Positions 35,791-42,617 of a stretch of DNA of 42,617 nt are shown here, in pieces; the first letter of the stretch is position 1, and each line of letters begins with the position of its first letter. The DNA is from Nemertoderma westbladi. Taxonomy: Eukaryota; Animalia; Xenacoelomorpha. Location: assembly GCA_032718475.1 (NCBI GenBank), contig JAUCBJ010007260.1, forward strand, positions 1 to 42,617, written 5' to 3'. The notes below the pieces were generated by a model, which saw nothing but the letters and a program-made list of their open reading frames with translations, searched no databases and was not told where the DNA came from. The translations under genes were made by a program, and so were the position numbers.

Positions 35791-36739
35791 TTCTAAATAA
35801 TTGAATTTCTGAATTTTAGGGTTACTTTGTTACTTTACTTACTTTATTACCGTTATTTGAGCAGTAGTCCAACTGATATTGAGACCTAATGGTTGTATGG
35901 TAGGCCTACTATTTATAAATCGTTAGATTTGATTTATAATATATATATACCCGTTTTAATGGGTTTAGTCAATGTTTGAAATAAATGTTATTATTTCTGG
36001 GGAGTAATCACTACACAAAGCGGTGCGCTTTCAGTGAAGTGTTACTTATAGGACACTAAAACAAATAATTCTAATTTACCTAAGTTACTTAATACTACAA
36101 ATTACGTACAATTCGGGTTGAGATTACAATCTCTAAATAAACACAAAAATTTACAAAAACACAAAATACGAAATTTTTAGGGTATTTTTACAAGAAGTCT
36201 ACAAACCAGTCTAACAAAGGGTTAGAAATCTGGTTATTACAACGGACAGGGTACTACTGTATTTGAAATAATAAGTAGTAGTAAATACACTGCGTTGTCC
36301 AGATAGGAAAATACCACCGCCTGACGACCTATAGCCGTATCGCTATAGGTTCTACGTTATGTATCACGGAGTGTTCCTACCTAGAAGTTAATAGAGCTAA
36401 TCGAACGTGCCTATCAACCACTTTACAACACAAATATAATGCCTACACTAATTACTTCGGAAAGTACTGTACACTAAACCCTAAATTAGGTACGAGTACT
36501 TGTACAACAGATAATCCGTAGTTAAATATACTTGAACAGTTAAAAGAACCACGGCATCTGCTGGAGTGACCGATGCACAAAATCACCAGTCTTTACCTAC
36601 GCCGAGCAGCCCGTGTAGTACCGGGGTTAATTTAACTATAGCGGTATGTATAACAAACACAATTACTGTAGGAACAAACTTGGGGAATGAATGTTGCGGA
36701 TAATCGCATAAACTCTGAATAATAAATATTACGCTACGC

Positions 36740-37295
36740 GTACAAACTACTCAAACAAAATACAGACCGAACACTGACAGACTACTATCAAGCCTAAACA
36801 AACTACGGTATATGCAGACTCCGAAATGATTAGGGAGTATGCGCTCTAACCCAGTAGTGCGACTTATTCTTTAGTTGGGGGTTTACCTTACAGCGTTCGC
36901 TGCCCCTACTTCCTAACCGTACTTAATCAGACAAATGATCTACACACACTGCAATCCGCTCAGACCTAATAACAGCCGGACAACTATCCAGCCTACAAAT
37001 TATCTAAATAAAATTATACGCTACCCGTACAGACTTACACAAACAAAGTACAGACTAAACGATGGCAGACTACTCTCAAGCCTAAATAAACTACAGGACA
37101 TGCAGACTCCGAAATGATTAGGGAGTATGCGCTCTAACCCAGTAGTGCGACTTATTCTTTAGTTGGGGGTTTACCTTACAGCGTTCGCTGCCCCTACTTC
37201 CTAACCGTACTTAATCGGACAGGTGATCTACACACACTGCAATTCGTTCGGACTTAACAGCAATCAGACAACAGTTCAACCTACAAATTGTCTGC
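36740..37295. repeat. ~288-bp tandem duplication in the LTR element 5' leader
   Basis: GCAGACTCCGAAATGATTAGGGAG...CTACACACACTGCAAT at ~36814-36955 and ~37102-37244 (offset 288). Confidence 0.9.
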
Positions 37296-37643
37296 AATCT
37301 GATCAGGTTTACACGCCTTCTGTTCAATACTGGCCTACTAACAAATAAAACTGACAGAAATAAGTAAGCTCCAAAAGAAACAAGGGGTGTACAGTCCCTA
37401 ATCTCTTAAACAGCCTACCGGTATACAACAATCAAGTCGAATAATACTAATGTACTTATACGGAAGTACCGGTTAGGACAGTTAGGCCTACAGACCTACA
37501 GAAGTACCAGTTCTGGCAGTTGGACCTACGGGCCTACGGCAGTACCGGTTCTGGCAGTTGGGCCTACTGACCTACAGATGTACCGTTCAGGTTTACCGGT
37601 TGACCGGTACTTTCAACTTTATTGCTTACTGCAATAAAGAAGC

Positions 37644-37655
37644 TATATCCGTTAT
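37644..37655 (-). other. PBS position: non-tRNA-type sequence ATAACGGATATA, complementary to an LTR-internal 12-mer
   Basis: Abuts the 5' LTR and has no TGG. It is an exact inverted match to 38393-38404 (and 26920-26931). Confidence 0.6.
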
Positions 37656-38837
37656 TGTTCGCGCTTTCAGACCTTTGGCAGTTTAACCCGCCAAATTAGG
37701 ATGTCTTCTAGATAATAAATCACCTTTAGTCTATGACAAGTATTTAATTCACTACACTAGTCGAAACCAATCTGTGCGCGATCATTCACCCGCTGGATAT
37801 ACCCGGGAGATTGGGTTCGACGGCTTAATTTTATTGCTATGTAAGCCTAATGTATTATTCGACTGACAGTATTATATAATCTCTGACAATATTATTCATC
37901 TTCGGGAAATATTAACAGTTCCTTTAGGACGTGGCGCTCTATTTATACAAACAGAGTTATGACTTAAACTACTCACAACGATATGGCTTAGTTATAATTC
38001 CCATATATGGCGCATTCTTTAGGAAATGCTTCGTTATCAGTCTCACTCATATACAATGCTGCACAATACTGCACACTGATCTGCCAATCTTCACTGATTT
38101 TAGTCACATATAAAAGGAACACGGACCGAATCATGTAGGGTCTATCAAATAACATTAGATTCACTTCAAACCACTCAACATAGGTCGCAATCATTTATCT
38201 GTAACCTTTCTCTCTTACCTTCGGTATATCAAGAATATTGGGTTTTCGGGGTCATTTGTCGTTATTCCAAATATAATAATTCATCAACCATATTATGAAG
38301 AACTGACAGTAAATAGCAGTATAACAATATAAAAGTATGCACAGTGTTACACAGTATGCAGTGTATGCAGTACTGCAGTATGCAGTATGCAGATAACGGA
38401 TATATGTCCTTATAATTAAGCCTACTAGTGTAGGACTAAAAACTGAAAACACGGAGGTGCCAAAAGCCGGTTCTTAGGCTCTGGGCAAAACATAACACTG
38501 AACTACTGAGTTTCTGTATACACCTCCAACACAGAGACAACAAACGCTCTGATTGGTCAACCTGAACAACGAGAGAACAAAGAAACGTCGACGTGGCAAT
38601 ATCAGCTGCTAGCCGTCGTCATGGTAGCGACACTGTTTTCAAGAGTATCGAGCTTTTACGTCACGGAATTACGGATTATGTCCTCTAAAGTAAAAATACA
38701 GAAGAAATAGCTTTTATGTCCGCTAAAACACCAGTACAGCAAGGACACGGCCTTTTTATGCCTGGTAAACCAACTACAGAGTATTTTACGGGAAAAATAA
38801 GGAAAAATAACCGGACAATTCAGCAAAAGCTTTTACA
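37656..38837 (-). repeat. 5' LTR (1182 bp)
   Basis: Direct repeat of 26183-27364. Minus-strand TATAAATA at 37940-37947 and AATAAA near 37830-37835. Confidence 0.97.
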
Positions 38838-38842
38838 GCCCC

Positions 38843-39176
38843 AATCTTCCTCTCTCGCAAACTCATCCCTGGACTTACCGTGGATAAATCTATGAAACCA
38901 GTTATAATGCTCCCCCCATCGCTTCACCTAGAGTCTACACAAATCGTGATATTCTGCTATATCTCTCGTCAACACTTTATGTAGGTAGGTTTCCATTAGG
39001 TCAGTGTGCCTACCTAAACTCCTAGATGATACCCCCCCCCCCCCCCCCCCCCATAAATACGCCAGTTCCAGTTTGAGCATCCTACATTGTTTCATAAAAC
39101 CTATTTGTAGTGGTAGATATATGGTTCTCTGTTTACTCCTAAACATATTGCATGCGTATGCCGCATTTCACTCCAT
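38843..39176 (-). pseudogene. N-terminal part of the PLE ORF (right flank of the LTR insertion)
   Basis: ME*NAAYACNMFRSKQRTIYLPLQIGFMKQCRMLKL...HGKSRDEFAREEDWG joins in frame to 26177 and leftward. Confidence 0.75.
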
Positions 39177-39224
39177 TCTCTATATTAAAGTTATTAACTA
39201 AACGGCAAGCCACAATGCCTTGCG

Positions 39225-40850
39225 CATGATGTTGAAGAATATTTGGTTTCAGGGCTGGAGTTCATATCTGACTACGGATGGGCTATAACCTTGAATGAGG
39301 TAGCCATCATCATACAACAATATCTCAACTCAAGACTTGAACAAGTCAGTGTCTTTAACGATAATCGGCCTGGAATTGATTGGCTCAATTCTTTTTATTC
39401 TCGTTGGCAGACTCGATTAAGAAAGCGTAAGCCTGAATATCTTACTATAGCTAGGTTGAGAGTCCTTACCAAAGAAGTTTTGGATGGATATTTTACGATC
39501 TTGGAAGGTGTCTTAACCAAGTTGGGAATTAAAGATATGCCTGAGAGAATATATAACCTTGATGAAACTGGACTGCCATTGGATCCGAAGAAGACGAAGC
39601 TAATATATCGTAAAGGAACGAAGAATGCACAGAATGTTGTCCCAACTGAGGGAAAGACGATGTTTACTGTTCTTTCCATAGGTAACGCAGCAGGGAAATA
39701 CATAGCTCCATATGTAATCTCTAAGGGAGCCCCCACAACATCCATGGATTTTTGAAGGGCAGTTGGAGGCCCTTCGGATATAGGGTACAACGCCACTAAA
39801 AGCAGTTGGATGGAAGATTTTGCCTTCGAGGAATGGTTTTGCAATCATTTTCTGAAACTGATAAGAGATAGACCTAAACCAATCCTGGTGGCTTATGATG
39901 GTCATGGATCCCATCTAACCTTTAAAACTGCAACAGCTTCTAAGGAAGCTAATATGGCGATTTTGTGTTTCCCACCTAAGTGTTCGCATGTCCTTCAACC
40001 CCTCGACGTTGCAGTCTATGGGCCGGCAAAGAAGGTTTGGTATGGCATACTAAATACCTTTTACCATGAATTGCGTCAAAAAACTGTTATGAAGGCATAA
40101 TTTCCAACACTACTGTATGCGCTCTTCGATGAGGGGTTCAAAGGAAGACCTCAGAATATTATCAGTGGTTTTAGAAAATGTGGAATTTGCCCCTTTAACA
40201 TTAACAAGGAAGCAATACCTCCGAGTAAGATACTGCCATCAGTTGCTGTTGCTGCTGCAGTAGAAGCAGAGTCAACAACTGGTCCATCAACTAGTTCTTC
40301 ATCTGTATCAGCATCACATCCCACATCCCACTACAACTTCAACCTCTACTTAGAATGTGTCCCAGCCTAATACCGGTACTACTTCAGCAACCTCAGCCGA
40401 ATCTTCAACTCTGTCCCAGTCTAACTCTGCAACAGGTTCTGGTAGGCCTGTGCAGCAGCTGACCCCGTAGAAGGCTATGCGAGAGGCCATTGTGAGGGCT
40501 ATATGCCCAGAACCTAGAGAACTAACAAAGACAGCTTTGGGTAATGCGCAGAAAAAAGAAAGAAAACGAGTACAAAAACGTTTTGGAGAGGGAATGACCG
40601 AAGAAAAGTCATTGCAGCGCCTGGAAGTTGAGGGGAGAGAACGTGTTGCTAAACGTGCAAAATACAGCAAGACAAAGAAGGCCAAGGACAAGATTAATTT
40701 GAATATTTGTTATCAGTGCATGGATCCATCGTTGATGAAGATGAGGATGATGATGTCGAGGTTGACTGGGTCATGTGCGAAAAGTGCAGTCGTTGGTATC
40801 ATGTAGAATGCATTGACTACATCAACAATCCTTGTAACAAGTGCGATTAG
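39225..40850 (+). pseudogene. pogo/Tigger-type DDE_1 transposase with CENP-B-like HTH remnant and C-terminal PHD finger; frameshifted
   Basis: RPGIDWLNSF, IYNLDETGL, ILVAYDGHGSH and LQPLDVAVYGPAK. C-terminus ICYQC.../DWVMCEKCSRWYHVEC...PCNKCD*. Confidence 0.88.
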
Positions 40851-41311
40851 CATGAACTGAACTTCCTTCCAGTCCTTCCAGATTTAGTCAGTTTAACCTT
40901 GAGAACAAATAGCCTACAAACTTATTTCCATTTATTTACTAGGCTATAGGCCTATAGACTACTAAACTATGCATATTTTATATGTTTATTAATCTGATAA
41001 TTGCTGAATTGAGCATTCTTATCTTTGTGCTAGAATATAATTTAAATCAATACTGACTACGGTACAGCAATATGCAAAGTGCAATGAAAGTTAAGCAATT
41101 AGTCAATTCATTAAATAACTTCCATATTATATATAAGCCTATTAACTACGACATCAGCTGGACATTTGTGTTTCTTTTGTTGTTTAAATGCTTTTTTTAA
41201 ACTTTATAGGTGTCCCAGATTATCCCTGAGGTTTATCTGGGACTCCAGTAACATTATATGTTTATATCCCTTTTATCCCAAATTACCCCACCATGTTACA
41301 AAATTAGGGTC

Positions 41312-41927
41312 AAATTTCTGGGAAGCGAGTGATAGAGTACGGGTTTTCCTTCCAGTGGATGGGCGAGTGGGGGGCGTCATGAAACCAGTGGTGTCGAAGT
41401 TCAAGGAGACTTTGGACCAATGGGGATTGTCTGTGGGGATATCGACGAAGAGTGGGTTAAACTTAGAGAAAATACTAGTGAGGAAGAGGGACCGGACAGA
41501 TTGGAGGGGGAACAGGCCGTGTGGCAGGCCTCGGTGTATGACCTGTTCATGGATTCTAGATAGAGAGGACACGCCATGGGGGGATAAGATTACGGGTGCG
41601 TTTGATTGTTCTACAAGTAATATACTGTATTTTATTTGCTGTAAAGTACATCCGGACGCTTATTACATTGGGCAAACGGAACAACGTCTCCGTGAGAGGA
41701 TGAACACTCATAGATCTGTAATAAATAATTTTAGGTTAGCTGCTGTGCCGGAGTACAATGAACATGATGAGTTTCTGTTGGTGGAACATTTTAGGCGGTG
41801 CGAGATGGGAGATATTTGTGTTACTGTGTTTAGGGGATATAGGAACGACGGGGATAGGGTGCATGGGGAGGCCAATTATATCCATCGGTATAAGCCTCCA
41901 TTGAACAAGAGCCGACCGACCATTTGA
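41312..41927 (+). pseudogene. PLE linker plus GIY-YIG endonuclease (5'-truncated; Cys-linker type as in Neptune/Nematis/Naiad)
   Basis: NLEKILV, CGRPRCMTC, FDCSTSNILYFICCK, YYIGQT, RERMNTH, VEHF, EANYI and PPLN. Confidence 0.88.
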
Positions 41928-41951
41928 CCTGTTTGTAACCGGGTGCAATAG

Positions 41952-42382
41952 TAGGAGTCATACTGTACACATATTGAAATGGGGGTGATGAAGTACACGG
42001 GAATTCGCGGGGGGTATCTAGGGGTAGTGTTTATATGTGGGTTTTTTTTATATATTTTGTACTGGGCAACTGTCATACAGGGGGGATTTGTGGGGTTAGG
42101 AGTCATACTGTACATATATTGAAATGGGGGTGATGAAGTACACGGGAATTCGCGGGGGGAATCTAGGGGTAGTGTTTATATGTGTGATTCTTTTTATATA
42201 TTTTGTACTGGGCAACTGTCATACAGGGGGGATCTGTGGGGTTAGGAGTCATACTGTACATATATTGAAATGGGGGTGATGAAGTACACGGGAATTCGCG
42301 GGGGAATCTAGGGGTAGTGTTTATATGTGTTTTTTATATATTTTGTACTGGGCAAGTGTCATACAGGGGGGATTTGTGGGGT
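41952..42382. repeat. ~146-bp tandem repeat, 3 copies, in the PLE 3' UTR
   Basis: GGAGTCATACTGTACA starts at 41954, 42099 and 42245. Confidence 0.92.
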
Positions 42383-42617
42383 GTAGGTAATTGGGATCAC
42401 ATAGGTTTAGTTTGTGTTTGCTTAATTTTCTGATGGGGTAACATTAGGAATCATACTGTACAGAGATAGTGTACATGGCGTAGAGGAACCGATTGGCAGA
42501 TTGTGGTTAAAGTTTGGGGCGTAGACTGATACGATAGCAATGTGTGGTAAATTTGGGGTTTACTAGTAGTGATACGCGTAGCCTACGTGTATGCAGGTAG
42601 GGGAAACAGGATTTGGG

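Larger units (their letters stand above)
26183..38837 (-). mobile_element. BEL/Pao LTR retrotransposon, non-autonomous (no RT or integrase), 12,655 bp, 5-bp TSD GCCCC
   Basis: Two 1182-bp TG...CA direct repeats. GCCCC at 26178-26182 and 38838-38842. BEL-type Gag and protease motifs inside. Confidence 0.95.
22334..39211 (-). mobile_element. Penelope-like retroelement (decayed), interrupted by the BEL/Pao element at 26183-38837
   Basis: A 33-bp terminal direct repeat lies at 22334-22366 and 39179-39211 (1 mismatch). The ORF runs from an ATG near 39176 (QIGFMKQCRMLKL, PLE N-terminal motif) and reads in frame across the TSD (EEDWG|CLLKF). Confidence 0.8.

Noticed and set aside
36321-36352. CTGACGA followed by a 9-bp hairpin as a hammerhead
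   Set aside because: No GAAA after the stem and no stem I/III.
41975-42010. GTGATGAAG in the 146-bp repeats as a hammerhead core
   Set aside because: The first core C is missing, and there is no stem II-GAAA arrangement in any of the three copies.

Overview
Eukaryotic, probably marine-invertebrate, AT-rich DNA made almost entirely of nested transposable elements and tandem repeats. The only host-gene trace I can support is one minus-strand exon of an F-type-lectin/F5-8C-like domain (9461-9662). From left to right the window holds: a LINE RT fragment; a CRE-like RLE fragment split by an RTE LINE (18-bp TSD); a Penelope-like (PLE) fragment; minisatellites; a 120-unit 38-bp satellite with higher-order duplications; several MITEs; a Sola2-like transposase split by a TA-TSD MITE; a large PLE (22334-39211) with hammerhead ribozyme motifs; a pogo-type transposase with a PHD finger; and a PLE GIY-YIG fragment. 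The large PLE is interrupted by a young 12,655-bp BEL/Pao LTR element (1182-bp LTRs, GCCCC TSD). That LTR element is the most unusual item. It lacks RT and integrase, encodes an intact Gag, and has no tRNA-type PBS. Instead the 12 nt abutting its 5' LTR are exactly complementary to a 12-mer inside its own LTR, the geometry of Tf1-type self-priming, which I do not know from BEL/Pao elements. All family assignments are by eye from motifs; no searches were run.
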